A stretch of DNA of 64,000 nt from an uncultured SAR116 cluster alpha proteobacterium (GCA_902522415.1 CABYVI010000002.1:10568-74567), one strand, 5' to 3'. Shown: positions 31,055-39,127, numbered from the stretch's first letter. Notes: generated by a model from the sequence alone, not told the origin. Numbers and translations are program-made.

Positions 31055-31316
31055 CTATTTTTTGAAGAATTTTGTTGCACTATTTAAAGTTATAGCTGCA
31101 AATATTATCGCAATTAGTTTCTTCATTTTTATTTCTTCTCTTTTCTTCTTTTTCTAGCAAATACCCTAAGAAGCCTTAATGACATTCTGATAATCAAACC
31201 GATTGGCAGTCTCATTTTCTTCTCCCACAAAATTTACTTCAAACTTAGCACAAACCTAAAGGCAAAAAATATTGGAAATTAACTTAAGTTAAATAAATTG
31301 AAAGTTTTTAAATAAA

Positions 31317-32003
31317 CTATTCAGAAACCGAAGCAGCTTTTTTATCATCCGAAACAAAAACAGAAGCAGTTACTCCTTGTCCATTAAAGGAACCTGAATT
31401 TGAATGAAATTCTTGAATTGCTCCCATTATTTCTTGCATTTTTGCTTGTTCCTTAGCAGCATCTTTAATTGCCTCTTTAGCCCAGTCTTTATCCATATCT
31501 TCAGTTGTTATTGCTAGGTTTGAACCTCCCCATGCAAAAGAAACGGGTCCATCTTTAGCTTTTTCTTTATAATCGTTGACAATTTCAGAAACGCTTAACT
31601 CTTTCGTCTCTTCTCTAGTATTTTTAATAATATCCTTTGTGTCTAAAACAATTTCATTATCTAATAATGAGTCAACTTCAGGCCTATTCTTTATTTTGTC
31701 TTTTTCAAATTTTTCAAAAGCCTCTTCTAAAATTAAGTCCATGTCACTATCACTAGCACCTCTAATTTTACTTAATGGAATATTTATAATATTGTCACCT
31801 ACTATTACAAAGAGGTTGTTATTCATAACCCCTACTTGGTCGCCACCACTTTTATGCTTTTCAATAAGTTTTTTCTTTTCATCTGGAGATGCAAAGTCAT
31901 ATATATTTCCATCAGATGACCAAACCTGTCCACTTTTAATAGTGAATGCATGAACATTATTAGCAATGAATATACATATAATAATGATTGAAAATATTCT
32001 CAT
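31317..32003 (-). CDS. Secreted protein, paralogue B
   Basis: 228 aa. Signal peptide MRIFSIIIICIFIANNVHA, then AFTIKSGQVWSSDGNIYDFASPDEKKKLIEKHKSGGDQVGV, near-identical to paralogue A. C-terminal half diverges and lacks the Cys-rich tail. Confidence 0.65.
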   Translation of the reverse strand: MRIFSIIIICIFIANNVHAFTIKSGQVWSSDGNIYDFASPDEKKKLIEKHKSGGDQVGVMNNNLFVIVGDNIINIPLSKIRGASDSDMDLILEEAFEKFEKDKIKNRPEVDSLLDNEIVLDTKDIIKNTREETKELSVSEIVNDYKEKAKDGPVSFAWGGSNLAITTEDMDKDWAKEAIKDAAKEQAKMQEIMGAIQEFHSNSGSFNGQGVTASVFVSDDKKAASVSE

Positions 32004-32105
32004 ATCTTGATTGTTAGGTGAAAAAAATTAAATTCAAAGATTTTTATTACTATTTTCATATTTACGACATTTAAATCTGAAAGCAAATAAGTTTAATTTA
32101 TATGA
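31704..32105. repeat. Copy 2 of the ~400-nt duplicated block
   Basis: See copy 1 (30450-30850). Offset is 1254 nt at the start codons. Confidence 0.7.
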
Positions 32106-32575
32106 TAAGATGTAATTCATATAAAGAAAGTCGCTATTGTCGTTCTTGGCGCTATTGTCGTGACGAGTGGTCTCTAAGTGTTTGATTTTGTTGATTTTCG
32201 TTTGCTCTCCTTCCACCAGAAGCGTTCTCTGATTTAGTTCATAAGAGCTCATAAAAGCTCTAAAAACATTATGATTTCAATGTTTCATCGATTTATTCTC
32301 ACTTTTAAACATTCATAAGATATAGAGAGGAGTACACTCTATATTTACCATGTTATATACATCTTAGTTACAACCATCCAAACAATAAAACCTCAATATG
32401 GCCACAATATTAATTAATATTCTTTAGATGAATAAGTCCTAAATATGTTAAACAGTACATATGTACAATTTAATATTTAAAGTAGACATTAATAAAAAAT
32501 CTAAATTTATAATATTCAATTTGTATGTTTATAGTTTAATATTTTTATTTTATTTATATAATATAAGGTAAAAAT

Positions 32576-33289
32576 TTGATTAAAATATTAAATATTTCAA
32601 CTGTAGTTTATATACTCATACTATTTTTTTTATCTCCAGTTTATGGGTTAGAAAAGGATAGAGATAAAATAATCCAAGAAATCATATATAATTCTATTTC
32701 TTCTTATGATGGTAAATGTGCTTGCCCTTATCAAAGGACTACTAAAGGATCACGATGTGGTAAAAGAAGTGCTTACTCAAAACCGGGGGGATATGAGCCT
32801 CTTTGCTTTCCTGAAGACATAACTGAAGATATTTTAAATGCATTTATAAATTCTGCTAAAACTGATAAAAATCCTGCAGTTAATATTCTGGGCAGAGTGT
32901 CAATTACTGACGGTGATACTATTAAATTAGGAACAGTTAAAGTTAGATTACATGGTATAGACGCTCCTGAAAGTAAACAAAATTGTAAAGATGCAAAAAA
33001 TAAAGCCTATGCCTGTGGAAGACAATCAACAGCGTTTTTAAAATCATTAGTTAAAAATAAAGAAGTACAATGCGAAGGAAAAGATAAAGACCGATATGGA
33101 AGAATTATTGGAATTTGTTATGCAGATGAAATTAATTTGAATTCTACAATGGTAAAAGAAGGTTGGGCCATAGCATATCGATATTACTCAAAGGATTATG
33201 TTAAAGAAGAAGAGATGGCCAAAAGAGATAAAAAAGGTATCTGGCAGGGCAGTTTTGAAGAGCCTTATATTTGGAGAAAAAATAATTAA
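32576..33289 (+). CDS. Secreted thermonuclease (staphylococcal nuclease/SNase fold) with Cys-rich N-terminal module
   Basis: 237 aa, TTG start, signal peptide. SNase core: DGDTIKL, VRLHGIDAPES, DRYGRIIGICY, MVKEGWAIAYRYY. N-terminal module: CACPYQRTTKGSRCGKRSAYSKPGGYEPLC. Confidence 0.85.
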   Translation: MIKILNISTVVYILILFFLSPVYGLEKDRDKIIQEIIYNSISSYDGKCACPYQRTTKGSRCGKRSAYSKPGGYEPLCFPEDITEDILNAFINSAKTDKNPAVNILGRVSITDGDTIKLGTVKVRLHGIDAPESKQNCKDAKNKAYACGRQSTAFLKSLVKNKEVQCEGKDKDRYGRIIGICYADEINLNSTMVKEGWAIAYRYYSKDYVKEEEMAKRDKKGIWQGSFEEPYIWRKNN

Positions 33290-33356
33290 TTATAGAGAAA
33301 AAGTGGATTGAAAGTAGGGTTAATATATTATAATTTTAAATAAAGTAAGGCTATCA

Positions 33357-33397
33357 GAGGGTTAGATTTGGTATTAAAGCACCCTCTCCCTCCACCA
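33357..33397 (+). pseudogene. Decayed 3' remnant of a tRNA-Ser gene (T-stem with expanded loop, 3' acceptor strand, CCA)
   Basis: GAGGG-TTAGATTTGGTATTAAAGCA-CCCTCTCCCTCCACCA versus intact GAGGG-TTCAAGT-CCCTCTCCCTCCGCCA. The 18-nt stretch 33382-33399 matches the tRNA 3' end plus 2 flanking nt at 17/18. Confidence 0.6.
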
Positions 33398-33402
33398 ATA
33401 AT

Positions 33403-34035
33403 TCAACATTTAGGCAATGTTATTTTTTGGCAATTATTGTATAGTTTTTGCGCTTCTATTATTTGACTTTCACTCATTTTACTTTCAATCATAATTAAAT
33501 TATTAAAAGCTGCTTCAACACCTTTTTCTTTTGCTATACTCCACCACATATGAGCCTTAGGAAAATTTTTTCCTACGCCTTGTCCAAAATAATACATATT
33601 ACCAATAATAATTTGCGATGCTGGGTGTCCCATAAAAGAAGCATCAAGAAATAAATTCATAGCTTTATTAAAATTTAAACTAGTTCCCTTTCCATGATAA
33701 TATAATAATCCTAAAGCATATTTTGATAACATATGTCCATTATCAGAACCTAGTGTAAACCATCCCAAAGCCTCTTCATTGTCTTTATCAACACCAATTC
33801 CATTTTTATACATTAAGCCTAAATTATATTGTGCAGTAGCATTTCCCTGGACAGCTTCAAAGCTAAGATAGTAAAGGGCTCTGTCATAGTCTTTCATTTC
33901 AAGTGCAAACATTCCTTTCTCAAGCTCATTTGAGAGTGCTGAACTTAAATAAAAACAAAAAAATATGAACAAAAAAATTCTTATCATTTTATAAAATTTT
34001 GGTACAAAATTTGAATAAAAATCATTATGACACAT
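33403..34035 (-). CDS. Sel1-repeat (SLR/TPR-like) secreted protein
   Basis: Four to five Sel1 repeats (AQYNLGLMYKNGIGVDKDNEEALGWF; SKYALGLLYYHGKGTSLNFNKAMNLF; QIIIGNMYYFGQGVGKNFPKAHMWW). Likely true start is the internal MIRIFLFIFFCFYLSSALS signal peptide. Confidence 0.8.
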   Translation of the reverse strand: MCHNDFYSNFVPKFYKMIRIFLFIFFCFYLSSALSNELEKGMFALEMKDYDRALYYLSFEAVQGNATAQYNLGLMYKNGIGVDKDNEEALGWFTLGSDNGHMLSKYALGLLYYHGKGTSLNFNKAMNLFLDASFMGHPASQIIIGNMYYFGQGVGKNFPKAHMWWSIAKEKGVEAAFNNLIMIESKMSESQIIEAQKLYNNCQKITLPKC

Positions 34036-34390
34036 ATTAATTTTGAAATCTTTCTTTTTTTATTTGTAATTATTTGTAGTGGTATTTTTTACCTTCCTAT
34101 CAATAGATGGGAATATAAAATATCTGAAAGGAACAGAATGAATTTTGAAAAAAAAATTAAACGAAGAAACTTAAAGATAAAAGCTCTTAAAAATTTAAAG
34201 AGGACTTCGAGTAATTTGTCTAATGCAATTCATAATTAAGAGAGTTTTATGAAAATACACAAAGATTTGAATATTATAGTTGTTAAGGATAAAAAGCTTG
34301 AAATTTTCAAAAACTATAAAATGCTATTTTTATTTTTTGTTGTAGTAAGTATTATTTTTACAACTTTATTAATTTTTAAAACACTATAAA

Positions 34391-35878
34391 TTATTCACTC
34401 AATAAACTATCAATTCTTTCCATTAATTCATCTTTATTGTAGAGATCGTAATAAGATGATGCCATAAGAGCAGGCGGACCAAAAAAATATCTTTCATACA
34501 ATGCTTGCCTACTACCAAAACCAGATATTGCAACGTCATGTGCTAACCTAAACATAGCAACTCTATTTTTTGAGTCTAAATTTGAAAGTTGAAAATATTT
34601 TTCAACATCCTCTGAAATTTCATTTGCAAAATCTGCTTCGGATGGGGTGGCCATAAGAGATGATGCTCCAAGGAGTTGCAAAATTTCAACCATTCTTGGA
34701 TACATTCTTGGATATAAATTTCTAGATGTTTCTAGTGGATATCTTAAAGGTATATAGTTTCCAAATTGATCTTCATGAGCTTGTTCTTCAGCAGAAAATA
34801 ATAAAGCTCTTATGCTTTCAGTCATTTGCATGACTTCAGCAATTAAACCTTTTGTATACAAATCTTTGTCTCTACCAGAAGCTTTCACAATTGAAGTCAT
34901 CAAACCAACCATAAATTCAGATTTAGCTAATTTTAAACAAGCAACTTGATGCATCATATGAACTACTGCATTTGTGGCACTAAAAGCTGGATTGCATAAC
35001 TCTGGCTCTCCATACATAAAAATTCTTTCCCAAGGAACTAAAACATTGTCAAAGATAATAACTGCATCCATTTCTTCATACCTTGAAGATAAAGGAGCAT
35101 CAAAATGAGACTTTCCCAAATCATAACTATCTCTACAAATTAGACGAAGACCTTTAGTTGCTATTGGTAATGCAAATGCAAATGCAAATGGAATATTATC
35201 GGGTGTAGCTTTTAAAACAGTAGACGGAAACACTTCTATTTCGTCAGCTAAAGGACCCAAGGTTGCAAGCAATCTTGCTCCATTAACAATAATGCCAGCA
35301 TCAGTTTCTTTAATTACTTGGAGAGCAACTTTCTCAGAAAATTTTCCTTTGTAACCTTGTTGATGATTGTAGGTTGGGTTTACAAGTGTATGCGTTAAAA
35401 CTTTATCATTTTTTCTAACATAATTATAGTAATTAACCATATTTTGTGCCATGACTTTTCCACCTTGGCCTTTAATTCCTTTTTCAAGAAAAGTACTAGC
35501 AGATGCAAAAGACATTAATGAGGCATTTTTATAGTCGGGAGTTCTTCCAAAATAACCATTAGACCACTTAGCCCACTCATAATATGATTTACCTCTGTCT
35601 TTTATATCTTCCTTTGATTTTGGCGTTTTAAAAGCTAAAGCGCATCTATCACCATCATCATCTAAATATGTTAAATGATTAATATATTTTGGTTCGTGCT
35701 GCCTATCAATAAAATTTGCAAGGGTATGGGCACAGCTTTTTAAACCATTTTCATTAGTAACGTCTTGAACTTTTCTACCATGAATCCAAACATTTCTGTC
35801 ATCTCTCAAACCTTCAAGATATTGTTTACCTGTTCTGATGCCCTTATTTGACAAATTATTTATTACTAAATCATCCAT
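34391..35878 (-). CDS. HpaB-family flavin-dependent monooxygenase, oxygenase component (4-hydroxyphenylacetate 3-hydroxylase / 4-hydroxybutyryl-CoA dehydratase superfamily)
   Basis: 495 aa. N-terminal TGKQYLEGLRDDRNVWIHGRKV and overall length and pattern of the HpaB/PvcC family. No partner flavin reductase nearby. Confidence 0.75.
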   Translation of the reverse strand: MDDLVINNLSNKGIRTGKQYLEGLRDDRNVWIHGRKVQDVTNENGLKSCAHTLANFIDRQHEPKYINHLTYLDDDGDRCALAFKTPKSKEDIKDRGKSYYEWAKWSNGYFGRTPDYKNASLMSFASASTFLEKGIKGQGGKVMAQNMVNYYNYVRKNDKVLTHTLVNPTYNHQQGYKGKFSEKVALQVIKETDAGIIVNGARLLATLGPLADEIEVFPSTVLKATPDNIPFAFAFALPIATKGLRLICRDSYDLGKSHFDAPLSSRYEEMDAVIIFDNVLVPWERIFMYGEPELCNPAFSATNAVVHMMHQVACLKLAKSEFMVGLMTSIVKASGRDKDLYTKGLIAEVMQMTESIRALLFSAEEQAHEDQFGNYIPLRYPLETSRNLYPRMYPRMVEILQLLGASSLMATPSEADFANEISEDVEKYFQLSNLDSKNRVAMFRLAHDVAISGFGSRQALYERYFFGPPALMASSYYDLYNKDELMERIDSLLSE

Positions 35879-36023
35879 ATAAATTATAATATATATCTAT
35901 TTGCAATCTTATTAAATAAGTTTTTTTTAATTCAATGGTTTTAAATTAAATTAATTGTTTCAAAAAATTTATGAATTATTTGAAAAAGTTTTTAAACTAT
36001 ATATAAATATTAATTGACTGACT

Positions 36024-37745
36024 TTGACACTGACTGGGGAAACAATGAATAGAACAATTGACTTCAATATAATTATTAGACAACTCCGAATTTACACTGG
36101 AATATTATTATTTTTTTATTCTTTCACGCATCTCCTTAATCACTCAGTTAATGTGATTTCAATTGAAGCTGCAGACTTTGTAAGAGAGAATTATTTTCAT
36201 TTATTATGGAAAAACTCTATTGGATATTTTCTTCTTTATGCATCTTTAACTATTCATATAATTTTAGGCTTTTATTCAATATTAACAAAAAAATCTTATA
36301 AAATAACTGGCAGGGAATGGGTCCAAATTTTATTTCCAGTTTTAGCATTGCTTGTCTTGTTGCAACATATAGGTGGTGGATTTATTCTATCTCGTTTTGA
36401 TGTTGATATAAAATATTCACTTTTATACGCATTGCTTTCATCTGATCCAAATGAGTTAGTTGCAGGTGCTGTTTTATTTTCTCTAATGGTAATATTTATA
36501 TGGGTACATGGGGTTATTGGGATACATGGTTTATTAAAGTTTAACTTCAAATCATACCACAAGTTTATGTTTGGGTTTAAATTTATTTACTGGTTTGTAC
36601 CAATAGGTGCAATTTTAGGATTTATATTCGGTTTAAAAGAAACAAGTGTTCTTGCAACAATTGAAAATTTAAAAGGAAACGAAAATTTTATAATGTCTTT
36701 TTTTGCTGCCATACCTCAAGAAGCATTTGCTTATTTAATGCCTGTAGAGCCTTATGTCATGAACAATTACCCTATTTTTGTATTAACAGTATTGGTATTA
36801 TGTATTCTAAATGTTGTAAGATCAAAATATTTTGGTAGAGTTAAAATTTCTTACCCAGGGGGTAATGAATATTCTGTTCCAAGAGGAACAACAGTATTAG
36901 AAGCTAGTAGGCTTGCTGGCATACCTCATGTTTCAGTTTGTGGAGGCAAAGGTAGATGTACGACTTGTAGAGTAAAAATAGTTTCTGGTAATAATAACGT
37001 TTCTGAACCTAATGCGCATGAAACAAAAATAATAAAGAGATTAGGTTTTGATAGCGATGTGAGGTTAGCATGCCAATTAAAAGTATCAAAAAACCTTGGT
37101 ATTCTTCCTCTTATAAATCCTGAGACTAAAGAAATTAAAGCAAGAACACCAGTTGGTTTAAGTGGAAAAGAAAAGGAGACAGTTGTTGTTTTTATTGATC
37201 TTCGTGAATTTACCAAGTTATCTGAGAAGAAACTACCTTATGATGTAGTTTATATTTTAAATAAATATTACAGTGTTTGTGGTGAAATTATTGAAAACAA
37301 CAAAGGAAGATTAGATAAGTTTATTGGGGATGGCATAATGGCTATTTTTGATGGAGCCGAAACTTCATCAGAAAATTGCAAAAATTCAATTAAAGCAGCT
37401 CAACAAGTTTCAATTGCCATTAAGGAGCTAAATGCACAAATAAAGAATGACTTTTCTGAGGAATTAAGATTTGGTATCGGAATTCACGTTGGAAATACAA
37501 TTGTTGGCATGATGGGATATGGCAACACTGTTACGGAAACTGTTGTTGGCGATAACGTAAATATTGCAAGCAGACTTGAAGAATTAAATAAGAAGTATGG
37601 TTCAGAGTTAGTAGTGTCAAAGGATGTACTTGACGCCGCAAAAGTTAATTCAAAACAGTTTAATAATGAGATGATTAAAATTCGTGGTAGAGAAAATGAA
37701 TTACAAATTTTCAGTCTTGAAAATGCTTACAATTTAAAGTTATAA
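36024..37745 (+). CDS. Membrane-anchored [2Fe-2S] ferredoxin-domain / class III adenylate cyclase fusion protein
   Basis: N-terminal ~280 aa has about 6 TM helices with conserved His (FTHLLNH, LTIHIILG, LLQHIGGG, WVHGVIGIHG). Ferredoxin module CGGKGRCTTCRV...LACQ. Cyclase domain VVVFIDLREFTKL, KFIGDGIMAIF, VVGDNVNIASRLEE. More likely start is ATG at 36045 (GGGGA 6 nt upstream) than the track TTG. Confidence 0.85.
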   Translation: MTLTGETMNRTIDFNIIIRQLRIYTGILLFFYSFTHLLNHSVNVISIEAADFVRENYFHLLWKNSIGYFLLYASLTIHIILGFYSILTKKSYKITGREWVQILFPVLALLVLLQHIGGGFILSRFDVDIKYSLLYALLSSDPNELVAGAVLFSLMVIFIWVHGVIGIHGLLKFNFKSYHKFMFGFKFIYWFVPIGAILGFIFGLKETSVLATIENLKGNENFIMSFFAAIPQEAFAYLMPVEPYVMNNYPIFVLTVLVLCILNVVRSKYFGRVKISYPGGNEYSVPRGTTVLEASRLAGIPHVSVCGGKGRCTTCRVKIVSGNNNVSEPNAHETKIIKRLGFDSDVRLACQLKVSKNLGILPLINPETKEIKARTPVGLSGKEKETVVVFIDLREFTKLSEKKLPYDVVYILNKYYSVCGEIIENNKGRLDKFIGDGIMAIFDGAETSSENCKNSIKAAQQVSIAIKELNAQIKNDFSEELRFGIGIHVGNTIVGMMGYGNTVTETVVGDNVNIASRLEELNKKYGSELVVSKDVLDAAKVNSKQFNNEMIKIRGRENELQIFSLENAYNLKL

Positions 37746-37751
37746 ATATGT

Positions 37752-38069
37752 ATGTATGTAAGAGTATTGCAGATAAAATTTCCTAATGAATTAGCAAAAA
37801 AATCTGTTATTGCTTTATCTCGTAATGTAACTAAAGATCATTTCAAAAATGGATTAATCTTAAGACTTCATACTGACATATCATCGAATTCATCAATGAT
37901 AATTTTATTATGGAAAACTAGGGAACTTTTTGAAACTGCTAGAAAAGTATTTGGGGACAGGTTTGTAGCTGAAGTAAAAGAAATGGGAGGCATTATTACA
38001 ATTTCAGAAGGACCATCAGAAGTTGATATTGCAAAAGAAATTGATTTTTCAAAATTTAATCAATTCTAG
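37752..38069 (+). CDS. Hypothetical 105-aa protein, possibly dimeric alpha-beta-barrel (ABM-like) fold
   Basis: Starts 6 nt after the cyclase stop on the same strand. Pattern MYVRVLQIKF ... LLWKTRELFE resembles ABM-like proteins only weakly. Confidence 0.4.
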   Translation: MYVRVLQIKFPNELAKKSVIALSRNVTKDHFKNGLILRLHTDISSNSSMIILLWKTRELFETARKVFGDRFVAEVKEMGGIITISEGPSEVDIAKEIDFSKFNQF

Positions 38070-38072
38070 AAT

Positions 38073-38552
38073 TTAATTACTTTTCAAAGCCTTAATAGTT
38101 GCTTGTTGTTTTTTTATCATTTCTTCGAGACGTTTAATTTTTTTTAAATTTTCTGAAATTGCTTGGTCGTCTTTTAAGTTTTTATTATCGTCAAGTGGGG
38201 CTATTTTTTCAATCTTTACAGTTGAAATATTGTTACTGGACTGTTCAAATTTTTTTTCACTTAAGTTTTTATAATTATCTAATTGAATTATTGTCCATAC
38301 AAATAATCCAAAAATAAAAATTAAGAATAATATTGTTATTGGATTTAAAATAAATTTTAAAATTCCTTCAATTATAATCTTTAAGACATAAAATGTTATA
38401 AATAGGCCAACAAAATATAATAATATTGCCCAAATTATAACAATAAAAGTATTATCTTGAAAGTTTGATTGGAAAATAGCTAATTGCCAGACATCATTGG
38501 CTAAAATATTTAAATTTAAAAATATTTTTTCAAAGTTATCAATAACACTCAT
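38073..38552 (-). CDS. Hypothetical membrane protein with C-terminal coiled coil
   Basis: 159 aa. Two to three TM helices, then a charged helical tail (KKIKRLEEMIKKQQATIKALK). Confidence 0.4.
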   Translation of the reverse strand: MSVIDNFEKIFLNLNILANDVWQLAIFQSNFQDNTFIVIIWAILLYFVGLFITFYVLKIIIEGILKFILNPITILFLIFIFGLFVWTIIQLDNYKNLSEKKFEQSSNNISTVKIEKIAPLDDNKNLKDDQAISENLKKIKRLEEMIKKQQATIKALKSN

Positions 38553-38639
38553 AACATTTATAATTGTTTTTTGGTTAAGTAATTTATAGCATAAAAATAA
38601 ATTTATTGTCTTAATTTTAAAATGAATTAATTAACATAC

Positions 38640-39065
38640 ATGATTTTCGATATTGTCATTTATTTGAATGCATGTTTAGCAGGTTCAATGTTATTTTTTG
38701 TTTCTGTTGTTTCGCCTACAGTTTTTAAAACTCTTGATAATAAAAGTTCAAGTAAATTTCTTAGAAGTATTTTCCCAAGAATATTTTTTTTTGGATTTGT
38801 TGTTTCGTTTACGTCGGCAATAATTTCTTTGTACTCTTCTAAATTTTTGGAATTTTATAGCTTGTCCTTTATCAGCTTACTTTTTCTGATTAACAGAAAT
38901 ATAATAACCCCAAAAATAAATTTTTTTAGAGATAAAGAGATTGAAGGTGATGTTAATGCACAAAAATATTTTAAATTATTGCATTTGATATCAGTCATAT
39001 TCTTTATATTAAATTTTTTAATTTTAATATTACTATTATCAAATAATTCATTTGATTTTATTTAA
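38640..39065 (+). CDS. Hypothetical 4-TM membrane protein (DUF4149/TMEM205-like pattern)
   Basis: 141 aa. MLFFVSVVSPTVFKTL ... FLRSIFPRIFFFG is reminiscent of DUF4149. Weak assignment. Confidence 0.4.
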   Translation: MIFDIVIYLNACLAGSMLFFVSVVSPTVFKTLDNKSSSKFLRSIFPRIFFFGFVVSFTSAIISLYSSKFLEFYSLSFISLLFLINRNIITPKINFFRDKEIEGDVNAQKYFKLLHLISVIFFILNFLILILLLSNNSFDFI

Positions 39066-39127
39066 ATTTTTAATAAATTAATTTTATTTTATTTTATATT
39101 CTAATGACTAATTAAGAGTTCTTATTT

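Noticed and set aside
29961-31953. Long plus-strand ORFs (29961-30347, 30352-30699, 31576-31953) opposite the two secreted-protein genes
   Set aside because: They mirror the Lys/Glu/Ala-rich coding strand, giving Phe/Ser/Leu-rich nonsense. The minus-strand ORFs have signal peptides and are conserved as paralogues.
32034-32252. 72-aa minus-strand ORF upstream of secreted-protein gene B
   Set aside because: Its 3' part lies in the block duplicated upstream of gene A, where the frame is not conserved. The product has no features.
34027-34389. ORF 34027-34239 (70 aa) and a hand-found 46-aa ORF 34249-34389 between the Sel1 and HpaB genes
   Set aside because: Lys/Asn/Ile-rich low-complexity products with no RBS or motif support. 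They are possibly real micro-proteins but cannot be supported from sequence alone.
36024-38069. Cyclase considered as a Pycsar/CBASS-type anti-phage cyclic-nucleotide system
   Set aside because: Pycsar cyclases are small stand-alone enzymes followed by an effector with a cyclic-nucleotide-binding domain fused to TM or TIR modules. Here the cyclase is a large TM/ferredoxin fusion with an adenine-specifying Lys, and the downstream 105-aa ORF has no CNB-like motif.
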